From Felis catus (taxonomy: Eukaryota), in assembly GCF_018350175.1 (NCBI RefSeq), contig NC_058383.1, forward strand, positions 8,248,001 to 8,312,000: 64,000 nt of DNA, read 5' to 3'. The notes beneath the pieces are model-generated. The model was not told where the DNA came from and searched no databases. It saw only the letters and a program-made list of their open reading frames with translations. Position 1 is the first letter of the stretch, and each line of letters opens with the position of its first letter. Shown here piece by piece: positions 37,412 to 50,240 of the stretch. Position numbers and translations under genes: made by a program.

Positions 37412-40400
37412 CAGTTAATATGTGTGTATGGCGGGCTCGAACATATTTTGCTGGTCAGGAGATGCTCTGGAAGGCCTAGCCAACATCAGCCACTGCGGTC
37501 TCCACGCGCCCAGGCCAGACTCCTTGCCGGCTTTGGGGGCTTTCACAGCCGCCCTGCCTGCTCCCCAAATGCACCAGATCTCATCCCAAACCACCTCCTG
37601 TCTCTCCTGGTGCTGGCTGCCTCCTCGCCTTCTCAGCTCAGCGGAACTTCCCCAAGCGTTCTACAACGTAGGGAGACTTTTCGGGCCCTCCCGGTGGAAG
37701 TGGCCCTGCCCTGCCCGCCCCACCCCTGCCGGCCGTCAGTTTCCAGCGATGTCCCCCACCCGACACCCTGAGCAGCTCTGCGGAGCTGTGGTGTCGTGGC
37801 TGGCATTGCAGTTGCCATCTGGTATGCCATCCGTGGTTTCTTTCATTCCACCCATTTTTATTGAGCGCACAGGACGTGCCCTACCCTGAGCGAGGCCTGG
37901 GGCACAGCCAGCGGCTTCAGTAGAGGGGACAGGCATCAGATGAATGCACGGGTGGTGGCAAGTGTTTGGAAGACAAGTCAGAGTTCTATGACAGTATAAA
38001 CCGAGGGGACCCAGCCTGCGGTGGGGTGGTTGTGACTGAGAGCAGGCTGGTCAAGGAGGCCCTCCCAGAGGAGGCGTCACGTTTTCCCAGCCTGGGGGGC
38101 CATGCCGGACTTCGTGGGTGTCTCGGGCAGAGGGAACAGTAGGTGACAAGCTCTGGCACGGCGAGGAGCTCTGGGGGTTCATCAGCTCAAAGGCCGATGC
38201 TGCTGGGGGTCCCCAGAGGGGTCAGAGATCGGTGAGCGGGGAAGCCGCCAAGGTGGATAGCGGCCAGATCTGGGAAGTCCACGTGGTCATCCGAAGGATT
38301 TGGGTTGTGTCCTAAGATTAAAGAGAAGCCGGGCAGGTTTATGGAGGAAGTTTGTGCTTTGAAAACTGGAGCTTGTACGGAGTCTGGAGGAGGGGGGGTG
38401 GGTGTGGGAGCTGGGCGCCCATTAGGGGTCATGGCCGCCTGCTGGGAGGGTGGTGATGGAGGCTGGACTGGGGTGGGTGGGGGGCAAGCGGTGGGCAGGT
38501 AGGACCTACCTGGTGGAGGTTGAGCTCTCAGGGCTCTGTCATGGGAGGAGCACAGAGGGGGAGAGTCAAAGTCCTTGTGGATATTTGAGTAACGACCCCC
38601 AGGGGAGTGTGTATTCTGGAGTTTGCTGGTGAGGGAAGCCCCAGGATCCGCCCATCAGACGGAGCAAATCCGAAGAGGTCAGAAGTCCCTAAATTTGGGT
38701 CATCTTGGAAAAAACAACAACCCAGAACTGGTGAGGTGGGAGACACCCCATGGAGACTCTAAATTGCGTTTGGAGAATTTCAAGGTAAGAAGGGACCTTT
38801 GAATCTGTGGCATCCCAGCTCAGACTTCACACAGGGCTCAGAGAGGCGGGGGCTCACTCAAAGCTCCCAGAGGGGCAGAGATGCATTGGAGTGAACTAGA
38901 AACAAAACAGCCAGAAAGCCCCATGTTTATCTTGCCTGGCCGCATGTTTGATCCCCTCGGGCCGAGGCAGCCTGGGCTGTCCTTGCGGGGGCCACCCTGT
39001 GCACATCTGCCGCGTCTCCCTCCCTGTATCGGGATCTCGGCTGGGCCATCTGACCTCTTGGATGCATTGGGGTGGGAGGCGGAGGGGGCAGCCAATGAAA
39101 AGACGGGCCCTGGAGGGTATACAGTCTAGCGTGGGGAGCGGGCTCATCCACATCCTGATGGCGCAGGCTGACTGGGGGCTCCACACAAGCTCGGGCGGGG
39201 ACTGTGTCCTCATCCACAAAACGGGACAGTGATACAGGACCAGTGGGCCAAGCATCCGGTGTTCAGCAGATACAACTCCCTTCCATCCCTCTTTCTTTTC
39301 TGAGCCGGTTTTGGCACCAGTCAAGTGGGCGTGTATGGAGAGCACTTTCTGTGGACCAGTGGGCGACTTCTCCTCCCTCAGCCCGTGCCCATAGCTGTGT
39401 GGCCTTGGATGCCTGTTGGCCAGCAGGCGCCAGGAGGACCGTCACGTCACGGGAGCCAGACCCCCGGGCAGTCGGTGGGTCCAAAGTGTTGCCCACTTAC
39501 TACGTGCCAGGCACAGACAAGGGCCTTGCCCTCCTGGAGCCTGTGGTGTGGCAGAGACACAGGCATCAGTTATGAGTCAGGAATGCAGTTTGTAACCTGG
39601 GGGAAATGCTATGAAGGCAGGGCACAGGGACACAGGGCACAGGCGGGAACGCTGATGTGGTCAGAGGCCTCAGGAGGGCTTCCTGGAGGAGAGGGCCTTT
39701 GAGATGGGGGTGGAGGGGACTGGGCCTTAACTAGGTAACACAGAGAGAAAGAGAGAGAGAGAGCACGCACGAGCGAGCACCCCTTAAGTGATTTGGAAGG
39801 CCAGTATGGCTGGAAAGCAGGAACGAGGGACTTAAGGGTCAGGGGCCTGGTGGATGCCAGGCCAGAGCACGCAGGGCTCGTGGACCATGGTGTGGACTTC
39901 GTTCTCCCCTCCAGTGGACACCGCAGCACTACAGAGTCAACAGGCTGGAGGGCCATCTCCACCTGGGGGAGAATCGGGCCCCAGAGGCCAATCTGTTTTC
40001 TCTTCATCCCGCATCCATCCGGGAGTCGTTAAAGCCCTGGCGGTGGGGGTCGCTCCCGGGTCCACGTGGCCCCCGCCCAGGACCTCATCCTTGGGTCGTC
40101 ACATCGCCTCCAAGGAACAGGTCTGCCACCACCACCTGGATGGTGGGGTGAGCCCCGTGCGGGGGTGCAGCCTCTTCTGGGGAGCCCTAGGCTAGCCGGG
40201 TTCTCTCCAGGAGCTCAGGGGTCCCCGAGTGAGACCGACCTCAAGAGGTTCAGCGAAGTCTGTAAACGCTGAGATTATTGCTGTTTGTCTGATTGTGGGG
40301 GCGGCCTGGGGGCTGATCTGATTTGAAAGGGATTGCTCCCTGGGGTGAGGGATGGGAGCGGGGCGGGAGGTGTCTCTGCCCCTTGGGAACAGTCTTCAAA

Positions 40401-40479
40401 CAGCTGCAGAAGGTATAGTTGCCCCCTTACCTCACAGAGGCACTCAACACGGTGTGAGTTTGTGTCTGTGTGTACTTCT

Positions 40480-40759
40480 GTTGATGGACCGGTTTTTGAC
40501 AAAGAGCCACTATGTCTGTTTTAAGGTGTGACAGGTGACGTTCTGATGCACGTGCACATTGTGAAATGATTACCGCAGTCAAACTAATGAGCACATGCAC
40601 CACGGCCCCCAGTTACCATTTGTGTGTGTGTGGTGAAAACGTTGGGTGTCTACTCTCCTAGCGAACTTCCGTTCTATGATACGTCATGATTATTTAGCTT
40701 ATTTCTTTTTAAGGCTTATTTATTTTTGAGAGAGAGAAGGAGCGCACACAAGGGGCAGA

Positions 40760-40791
<32 letters not shown>

Positions 40792-41485
40792 ATCCCAAGC
40801 AGGCTCCGAGCTGTCAGCGCAGAGCCCGATGTGGGGCTCGAACGCGCGAACCGTGAGATCATGACCTGAGCCGAAATTAAGAGTCGAGCGCTTAACCGAC
40901 TGAGCCATCCAGGCGCCCCTATGGTACATTATGACAGTTGTCACATTGTTGATTAGGTTTCTAAGACTTATTTGTCGTATAACCAAAAGTTTGCACCCTT
41001 TTATCAATCTCTTCCTCTTTCCCCCACCTCCTAGCCTCTGCTAACCACCATTCTATTCTGTGTTACTATGAATTCCACCCTCTTTAAAAAAATTTTTTTA
41101 ACTTTTATTAAACCATTTTTTGTCATGCTTATTTATTTTTGAGAGACAGCGAGAGGGACAGAGGGTGAGCGGGGAGGGGCAGAGAGAGACACAGAATCCG
41201 AAGCAGGCTCCTGGCTCTGAGCTGTCAGCATAGAGCCTGACACGGGGCTCCAACCCATGAGCCGTGGGATCGTGCCCTGAACTGAAGCCCCACGCTTAAC
41301 AACTGAGCCCCCCAGCCGCCCTTGAATTCCACTCTTTTGATGATGCTGTTCCGTATACGAGATCATTCATTTTTGTCTTTCTGTGTCTGGCTTTTTTCAC
41401 TTAGCATAATGTCCTCCAGGCTCATCCAAGTTGTCACATATGGCATTTCCTCCTTTTTTTGTGGCTGAATAATATTCTATCGTGC

Positions 41486-41524
<39 letters not shown>

Positions 41525-41825
41525 TAATTTCTTTATCCATTCATCTGTTGATGGACACTCCAGTTGTTTCTACGTCCTGGTTATTGTGACTAATGCTGCA
41601 GTGGACAATGGGGATGCAGATATCTCTTTGAGATACTGATTTGATTTCCTTTGGATAAATACCCAGAAGGGGGATTGCTGGGTCACATGATAATTCTATT
41701 TTTAATAATCTGAGGGACCTCCAAATGCTTTTCCACAGTGGCTGCACCAATTTACATTCCCACCGACAGTGCACGAGAGGTCCCTCTTCCCCACATCCTT
41801 ATCAACACTTAGTATCTTGTCTTTT
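40480..41825 (-). mobile_element. L1MA9-like 3' fragment with two SINE insertions and (TG)n (~41482-41523)
   Basis: ORF 41541-41774 (HCRWECKLVQPLWKSIWR…DPAIPLLGIYPKE) is the L1 ORF2 C-terminus. Confidence 0.9.
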
Positions 41826-42009
41826 TCTTTTTTTTAGGAGAGAGAAAGAGGGAGAGAGCGAGAGGGGGAGAGGGACAGAGGGAGAGATAGAGAATCTTTT
41901 TTTAAAGTTTATTTATTTTGAGAGAGGGAGAGAGCAAGAGAGCGTGCAAGTTGGGACACTTATTTAATAGACAGTCCTTGAGTTTGGGAAGTCCAAGATC
42001 AAGGTTATG

Positions 42010-42408
42010 GAGCAGAGAAGATCAGCATTGGACTGGTAGGCTGAGTAAAGAAAATCTGCCCTCCCCCATGGGGGTGAGCGTCATCCAATCCGTTGAAGGC
42101 CTGGACAGAACACAAAGACAGAAGAAGGGCCCATTTACTCTCTTCTGGAGACATCCATCCACTCGCACTCTTGGACATCAGCACTCCTGGTCCTTGGGTC
42201 TCGGGACTCGAACTAGGACTTACACCCTCGGCCCCCTGGGCCTCCCTGGGAGCCACGCCACAGGCTTTGCTGGGCCTCCAGCTTGCAGATGGCAGATTAT
42301 GGGACCGCTCAGCCTCCATCGTTGCGTGAGCCAACTCCTATAAATAAATCTCTTTCTGTATGTCTCCGTGTAGGCCAGTGGTTCAGCTGCTCTGGAGAGC
42401 CTAATACA
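42010..42408 (+). mobile_element. ERVL solo LTR (MLT2-like)
   Basis: ctgagtaaagaaaatctgccctccc…catccaatccgttgaaggcctg…aataaatctc…ctctggagagcctaataca. Confidence 0.8.
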
Positions 42409-42519
42409 GCTACTGTTTTCAATTATACTAATGGTCGTGAAGCTATTCCTGGGTATCAGTTGCCCCTCCCGTCTGTGAAGCCCTCCCAAATACAGCCTCA
42501 TCTGCTTCATCTTCTATAG

Positions 42520-43041
42520 TCACATCAATAAGTAACTGATAGGGGCGCCTGGGTAGCTCAGTCGGTTAGGCGTCCGACTTCAGATCAGGTCGTGATCTCA
42601 TGGTTGATGAGTTCGAGCCCTGCATCGGGCTCTGGGCTGACAGCTCAGAGCCTGGAGCCTGCTACGGATTCTGCGTCTCCCTCTCTCTCTGCCCCTTCCT
42701 CCCCCCCCTCAAAAATAGATAAAGAAAAAAAAAAGAAAAAAAGAAAAATAAAATAAATAACTGATAAGAGGAAATGCAAATCAAGGCCACAATGAGATTA
42801 TCACCTCACACCTGTTAAGATGGCTACTATCAGTAAGACAAAAGATATAGGGGGGCGCCTGGGTGACTCAGTCAGTTAAGCGTCTGACTCTTGATTCCGC
42901 TCAGGTCGTGATCCCAGGGTCATGGGATCGAGCTCTGCGTTGGGCTCCACACGGGGCATGGAGTCTGCTTAAGATTCTCTCTCTCCCTCTGCCCCTCTCC
43001 CCTGCTTGCTCTCTCTCTCTCTCTCAAATAAATAAATAAAT
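42520..43041 (+). mobile_element. Plus-strand L1 ORF2 piece (~42758-42847) flanked by two CAN-SINEs (42542-42757 and 42852-43041)
   Basis: ggaaatgcaaatcaaggccacaatgagattatcacctcacacctgttaagatggc is canonical L1 ORF2 sequence. Confidence 0.85.
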
Positions 43042-44019
43042 AGTATTAAGCTAAACACTAGATTTATGTATTTTACTGCATGTAAATTGTACTTTAATAA
43101 AAACATTCCATTCCAATGCGAGGCATGAACTCCCTGCTTCGCTTCGAAGCACTTAGCGCTGCCGTGCTTATACGTTATATAACGTATAACGTCATCGCGT
43201 CTGTGCTGATGTGGCAGAGAGGACCCGTGCTTGCATTCCCATCGTCTGGCACATGGCAGGCTCTTGGCATGTACCTGCTGAGTTCACGGATGAGTGTCGG
43301 GTTCAAACCAGTCTCTGTGCAAGTTGCCGTGGGGGGGCTCAGGTGGGAGCCTGTGGACGCTGGCCAGGAGCGGGGGTGCTTCACAGAGGAGGACAGGACA
43401 TTTGAGTCATGCCCTGAAGGCTCTTGGGAATTTATCTCAGGCAGAGTAAAGGAGGAAGGGCAGGTAGACAGAGGGGCCTGCATGTGCAAAGGCCCAGAGG
43501 CAGGAAGAGTGGGTTGTGCAGTGGTGGTAGGAGCCCTGGCTGATGGTGGCAGGCAGGAGGAAGGGAGCATAGAAGGTAGGAGCGTCTTCTTTACTGACCT
43601 AAAGAGCTTAGTCTGTGGGAGCCATGGGAGGTTTTGAGAGAGGGCAGTCACGAAATTGGATCTGCGTTTTAAAAAGATCACTGGGTTTGCAGAGTGGACC
43701 TCAGTGGAAGGGCTGGGGGGGGGGGGGGGGCTAGCCCAGCCTGTGCCCAGGCTGCGAACACTGCCTGCTGCCTAGGGCGGTCAGGTGAGACCTGAGGGCT
43801 GGTGAAGCAGCGCCACCTACTGGTGCTCCTGGACTTCACAGGCCGTCTGGTTCCTTCTGGTCCCGGAGTGGGACAGGCCAGCCCATGGCCCACAGAACGG
43901 AGGGCAGAAAGACACCCTCTCTGGAGCGTGAGCGTTCCCTCTAGTTCAGAGCCCGAGATCAGGATCTTGTGCAGGGAGGAAAAATGCTCCCTCGAACGAA
44001 CACAAATTGTAGTTTCTGC

Positions 44020-44190
44020 CACCTTGTAGCAGCGTGACCTTGAGAAAGTTACTTAACTTCTCTGTGCCTCGGTTTCCTCATCTGTAAATTAGGATTAGTA
44101 ACAGTATCCACCCGTTGAGATTGTTATGAGCTGGCGAATGTAAAACACTCGGAACAGTGACTGGAGCGTGGCGAACACTCAAAGCTCTTA
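44020..44190. mobile_element. MIR
   Basis: MIR core gtgaccttgagaaagttacttaacttctctgtgcctcggtttcctcatctgtaaa. Confidence 0.85.
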
Positions 44191-45564
44191 CGAGATTTAT
44201 TCTTGTGTTATCATCGTGGTCATTCGAGGCGTGGACTGAGGGATGCTTGGTGCATTTGGATGGCTCACAGGCTGGAGGGTGGAATGATATTCCATTGTGT
44301 GTATACACACCGCAGGGCAAGGGCCAGCACTCGTGGCTAAGCAGGCCGACCCCCTGACCGCAGTGGGGACGGCCGAAGGGCGGGGGCCAGGAGGAACGAG
44401 GTCAGATCTGCATTTTGCAAAGCCAGCATCTATGCACCCCTCCTGCTCTGGGCACCTTGCATACGCACCCTCCCAGAAAGCCTCACGCCCCTCATCCTGG
44501 TCTCCATGGAGTCCTCATGAGTAACGTGTGCAACTCCATATCAAGAGTTGAGGCAGAGCCCGAAGCCCGGGTCTTGTGTCCCCGCCGCCCAGGGCTCCAT
44601 CTACCCCATGGTGCCGAGGTTATAGGAGGCACCCCGTTCGTGGCATCCGCTGCGCTTGGCTGGATGCGAGCAGCAAGTAACTCGACCCTTTTCCTGCCTT
44701 GCACGTCTGCCCCGGGGAGTGCGGGGGTGGGGGGGGGTGGGTTCCATAGCTTTGCTGGTCCCCCTCAGCAGGAGCACCAGTCTCGTTCCAGGAATTGATT
44801 TAAAAACTGTCATCTTTTATCTAAATTAAAGCTTCCTCCCTCTCCTGGCTGGGCCTCGCTTCAAGCTGGGAGATCTGCAGCAGGAAGGCCGTGTGAGTGT
44901 TGAGCGTGTCGTGCATGTGAGCATGTGTGAGTGCGAAAGCACGTGAGAGGGTGTGTGCACGTAAGTGTGTGTGTTTATTACAACCTACAGAACCTACAGA
45001 CCCCCTGCCCCCCCCACCACCCCCACCGCCCTGTGGCAGTGTTTCCGGGAGGCAGTTGTGAGTCCAAAGGTCTGGGTCTGCTGTCCTGGTCCCAGCATGC
45101 AGACTCCCGGCCCCTCATTCGAAGTTTCCTGCCCCTGGCTTCTCACAGCCTCACCGCCCCCCTTCCACCTCCAGCGGGGAAGCTGGTTTGCCAGAACGTT
45201 CATGAAACATGAGCGAGAAGAATTTTTTTTTTTTTAAGAGAAATTAGTGTAACAGGGTTGTTCAGATTTAGTGCAGGATTTCTGAAATTTGAGACGCGAC
45301 TCGTGTGTTTTCCTGTCAACAGGGCATCTCGAAACGTCACGCCTGCTGCTACCAATTAATTCATAATTTTCCCATTCACCGATTAAGTTGCTTGGTGTCA
45401 GCAGATCCGGATTCTGTGAACTCACGTAGCTCTGTTTTCAAGAGGAAGTTGTGCGAATGAGATCGAGCAGCAAAGTTATAATGATGCATGGAAATCGAAT
45501 AGTAAAGCCAAATTTATCCCCTTGTGAAATTGGGTCCTATGTTGTGTGTGTGTCTGTGTGTGTG

Positions 45565-46880
45565 GCAACATTATGTTAGTTTCAGACGTATAGTGTTTGA
45601 CTTGATATTTGAATATGTTGCCAAATGATCACCACGATAATTCTAGCTAACATCTGTCACCACACACAGTTACAAAAATTATTTTTCTAGTCCTTTTTTT
45701 AAGTTTGTTCATTCGTTTTGAGAGAGAGAGAGTGGACACACCGGAGAGAGGCAGGGCAGGGCGGAGAGCGAGAAGGAGAGAGAATCCCAAGCGGGCTCCA
45801 CACCGTCAGTGCAGAGCCCGACGTGGGGCTCGATGCCACAAACTGTGAGATCGTGACCTGAGCTGAAATCAAGAGTCAGATGCTTAACTGACCGAACCAC
45901 CCACATGCCCCTCCACCCCAAGATGGATGGGAACTTGAAGATCTACTCTGTTAGCGACTTTCCCATATTCTACTCAGTGTTATTAACTATAGTCACCCTG
46001 CTGTACATTACATCCCAAGACTTGTTAATTTTATGACTGGAAGTTTCTACCTTTTGACCCCCTCCATCCATTTCGCTCCCCCTTCCTCTGCCCCAACTCG
46101 GGCAATCGTGTCTGTACTCTGTACGTATGACCTTGTTTTTTTTCTTTTTCTTATATTCCACCTATAAGTGAAATCATACAGTATTTGTCTTTCTCTGATG
46201 CATTTCACTTAGCATAACGCCCGCAAGGTTCATCCCTGTTGCCGCAAATGGCAAGATTTCCTTCCTTTTTATAGCTGATATTTCATTTGTACATATATGC
46301 ACCACATTTTATTAGCTGTTCCTCTATCGATGGACGCTTAGGCTGTTGCCCTGTGTTGGCTGTTGTACCTCATGCTGCAGTGGACATGTGGTGCAGGTAG
46401 CGTCTCGAATTCATTTTTTTTTGTTCTCCTTGGACTAAATCCCCAGAAGTGGAATTGCTGGATCACATGGGAGTTGTATTTTTAATTTTTAGAGGAGCTG
46501 TCAGCTGCCACACCAATTTCCACGGCGGCTGCACCAATTTACATCCCCACATGAGGGGGGATGCATGAGGGCTCCCCCTTCTCCACATCCTCGCGAACAC
46601 TTGTTGTTTCTTGTCTTTTTTACTATTGTTATTATTTAAGTTTATTTATTTATTTTGAGAGGGAGAGAGGGAGAGAGAAAGAATCCCAAGCAGGCTTTGC
46701 ACTGTCAGCGCAGAGCCTGACGCGGGGCTCGAGCCCACAAACCGTGAGATCATGACCTGAGCCGAAACCAAGAGTCGGCCGCCTAAGCGACTGAGCCACC
46801 CAGGCGCCCGTTTCTTGTCTTTTTGAAGACAGCCATTCTCACCTCTGTGCGCGCTCGAGGTGATAGCTCGTTGTGGTCTG
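45565..46880 (-). mobile_element. L1 3' fragment (L1MA9/L1_Carn-like) with two SINE insertions
   Basis: Typical L1 3' UTR and ORF2-end motifs. Confidence 0.85.
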
Positions 46881-47277
46881 GTGGTCTCTTTTATGTCTCA
46901 GAGTTTTGCAAAATAGTATCAAGCTTACTTGCAAGAAAAAGTTCACGACTGCAGGAGTGTGAAATTTTACTGTGGGACCCACCGCACTTTGTGGGAGTTT
47001 TCTAGGGCTGCGAGGGTCCCACCATCGGGATTGCGAGTTTTCGTTGACGTGTCTCTATCATCCGCTAGGCTGTGATTTTCTCGAGGATGGGACTCAGTTT
47101 TATCAGTCGGTGACCGCAGGATTCCGTGTAGTTGGCGCTCACATGTATTCATACGTATTCATTGGATGAACCAACCGAAGAAATGATTGGGAAAGAGTGT
47201 TGGAATTCAGTAACTTCGGGGTGGTTAGAAGTCATGCACGTTCTGATATTTTTCTTTCCCTTATTCATGATCTTGGT

Positions 47278-47828
47278 CTGTGTCTTAGCTCGGGCCGCCG
47301 CAGTGAAGTATCACGGGCTGGGTGGTTTCAACAACAGAAATGTGTTTTCTCAGATGGCCACCTTCTCACTGTGTCCTCACACGGCCTTTCCTGAGTGTGT
47401 GCGTGAGCACAGAGATCTCTCTCTCTCTGTCTTCCTCTTCTCATAAGGCCACCAGTTCTTTTTTTTTTTTTTTTCAACGTTTATTTATTTTTGGGACAGA
47501 GAGAGACAGAGCATGAACGGGGGAGGGGCAGAGAAAGAGGGAGACACAGAATCGGAAACAGGCTCCAGGCTTCGAGCCATCAGCCCAGAGCCTGACGTGG
47601 GGCTCGAACTCCCAGACCGCGAGATCGTGACCTGGCTGAAGTCGGACGCTTAACCGACTGCGCCACCCAAGCGCCCCAAGGCCACCAGTTCTAAGGAATT
47701 AGGGCCCCATCCTAACGACCTCATTTAACTAATTACCTCCTAAAGACCTTATATGCAAATACAGTCACATGGCAGGGTGGGCAGGGCTTCAACATATGAG
47801 TTGTGGGAACGCAGCTCAGTCCATGGCT
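47278..47828 (-). mobile_element. MLT1A/B-like solo LTR with a young feline SINE (47460-47677)
   Basis: MLT1 motifs. SINE TSD aaggccaccagttct at 47445-47459 and 47678-47692. Confidence 0.8.
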
Positions 47829-48067
47829 GACATTTTCCCACCCTAGGTGGCCACGCTTGGAGACCTGCAGGAAGGCAGAGCTGGGGAGGGACTTTATAAT
47901 GCACCCAGCACAGAGAGGGGTGGTCACTTCCCCGGGGCCACACAGCCAGTGGGCACAGAGCTGGGATGATGGACTCCACTACCAGGTGGCTCCCAGAGCC
48001 CTGGGGCTGGGGCTGGGGGGCAGGGGTGGACGGCGCTCACACTCTCCTGATGCTGCCCTTGTGTTAG

Positions 48068-48171
48068 TTACAGGACTCTGATCAGACCCACATACAAAGT
48101 GTCCTACCGCACGGTGACGGTGCTGGAATGGAGATGCTGTCCTGGCTTCACCGGGAGCAACTGTGATGAGG
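48068..48171 (+). CDS. COL26A1: Internal coding exon (probably exon 3) of COL26A1, C-terminal part of the EMI domain
   Basis: Acceptor gtgttag|T and donor G|gtgagt. Translates (S)YRTLIRPTYKVSYRTVTVLEWRCCPGFTGSNCDE(E), containing the EMI signature WRCCPG(F/Y)xGxxC. AG+T joins in frame with the previous exon to give Ser. 104 nt. Confidence 0.96.
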
Positions 48172-49984
48172 GTGAGTCTGCCAGGGTGCGTGTGTGTGTG
48201 TGGGGGGGGGGGGAGTCCAGGCCAAACGTCTGGGGGCGGGGCACTGGGTGCAGGGGGACCGGGCACTGGCTGGAGTTCTGCCGGTGGGCACCGAGGCGGG
48301 GTCCCTGTGTGCCCCGGTCGGGTGTGGAATGGAGGCGAATTATGAGCCCTATAGCCTGGGGGAGGGGATTCGATTTGCCTCCTCTTTCTTCTGCTCTGGT
48401 GGATGGGGGGCGGGCAGGGCTGGCCACCGGGTCTCTGAGCAGGTGCAGCTGAGAGTTCACCAGCCTTGGAGCCACGTCTGTTGTAGAATGAGGCAAACTG
48501 ACCTGGTGGGCGGTGAACTGATTGTCCTGCCCTTCTGTCCCCGCTCCCGAGGGAGGGTGGGAGGAGAGGGCCCAAACTGGGGACTTCCTTCCGAGCCCCT
48601 GGACCGGGTCCCAGCCTGCCCCTGCAACCCGAGGGGGCCAGATGGCAGCACTCAGGTGGGTCAGGGAGGGATGACAGCAAATCCCCACCGCGCTCATGGC
48701 CAAGGAAGGTGGGTTCTGTCCAACCAACAGGTTTGCAGCCCACCTTGTTCCCATGCTAGCTGGTCGGTCTGGAGGCTCAGGGGCCAGTTTTGCATTTGGG
48801 AACCGTGGCTTTCTACGACGTTGACTTTCTGATAAAATTATTTTCTGTCTTTTTTTTTTATCATCCAACTTACTGATTTTTTGTTTTACATATATGCTTT
48901 TATAAGTTAGGTGATAATGAAGTTACGATAAGTTATAGTATGTTAGGAACATGCTCTCACTGTAAACTGCCTAAAATTCTTTGGGTTGTAAATAATAACG
49001 TAACAGAAATAGCAGGAGTAATAATGATGACGATGCTTCAGGGGCCCGTGGCCCAAAGCGGAGCTGCGGGAGGGGGCCGGGAGGCCAAAAGGGTCCAGTG
49101 GTACTGCCCTTCCTGACTTACAAGGCACCTGATCCTGGGAGGGGAGCTGGCCCACATTTGGGGGTGGGGCATAGAGCTGTGGTGGGTCTTTCCTTGGAGA
49201 GGAGCAGGTGGGGGCTGAGGGGTGGGGGGAGGCCAGGCTCCCCGAGGTGAAATTGGGGGTGGCTGGACCGCACGTACTTGATGTGAAAGACCACGGTTCA
49301 CATCAGGTGCCTGGTTGAGTCGGAGGCTCTCAGAGCCAGGATCTGGATGTACTTCTCTTGTCAATGCCACGGCCATGGGGAGAGACACCTGGTCCCTCCC
49401 ACTGAACAGAGCGGTCATGCTGCCTGGATTCTGCAAGGAACTGGGCAGGCAGGGGTTTCTAGGGACGTGATTGATTTACCCTGAAGTAACTAACTGAGTT
49501 TTCAGTGACCAATAAAACGAGCAACATTGGACTCATACAGAGAAGGGCCCCTCTCTCTGCTCATCTTTAGAGGCCTTTGCTCAGCATTGGGAATGCTTCG
49601 GGCCCTTCTCTAAACTCCCAGAGCCCCCGATGCCCCCTGGCCCCCGTCGTTGCCTTAGCTGACTGTAACCGTGTGTTTTCATGTCTGCCTCCCCCACCTG
49701 CCACTCGCCACCCTGCAGACTGTGTGTTTCTTCTAAGGGTAACTGAGCCCGAATAGGGCTCCTTCCTCCCTCTCCTGGAAACCACTGCACTGCCTAAGCA
49801 TGTACGTTTTTCATCTCTTTTTGTGTTCTCCTTATTAAAGGGATGAACTAGTAAACGAAGCGTAAGCCTCAGAATGTCTGAGTTCGCAATCTCACGCAGA
49901 TCGCACACGAGCATGTGTGTGACAGAACTCATTAAGGTAACCAGCAGAACAGCGAAAGGGATTCAAAAGGGGATTCGAGAAACT

Positions 49985-50240
49985 GATATAGATGCGACGG
50001 GGGAGGGGGCCCAGACCACCCTTAGGTCTGATAATCCACTGGGAGAACTCACAGAGCCGAAGACCTCCTGCCTTCACAGCTTGTGGTTTATTACAGCGCA
50101 AGGCACAGATTCAGATCCTCAAACAGAGGACACCCATGGGACAGGGACCAGGAGGGGTCACACCCAGAGCTGCCGGGTGAGGTGCAGACAGCCGTTAAGT
50201 TCTCCCAGCACATGTAAAACAAGTTGACCAAAGTGTGGTG
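49985..50240. mobile_element. MER21-like LTR fragment
   Basis: cccagaccacccttaggtctgataatccact…actcacag…ggtttattacagcg resembles MER21. Confidence 0.5.

Larger units (their letters stand above)
21710..48067 (+). other. COL26A1: COL26A1 intron between the two EMI exons (26,358 nt, GT-AG)
   Basis: The two exons join in frame and give a continuous EMI domain, so no intervening coding exon is needed. Confidence 0.9.

Noticed and set aside
47840..47995. Two CTCF-like motifs (…ctaggtggc…, …ccaggtggc…) upstream of exon 3
   Set aside because: Both mismatch the core consensus and cannot be supported without a PWM scan or ChIP data.
47979..48868. Long overlapping ORFs (254, 254, 212 and 117 aa) around exon 3
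   Set aside because: Only 48068-48171 has splice signals and EMI homology. The rest are chance GC-rich open frames.
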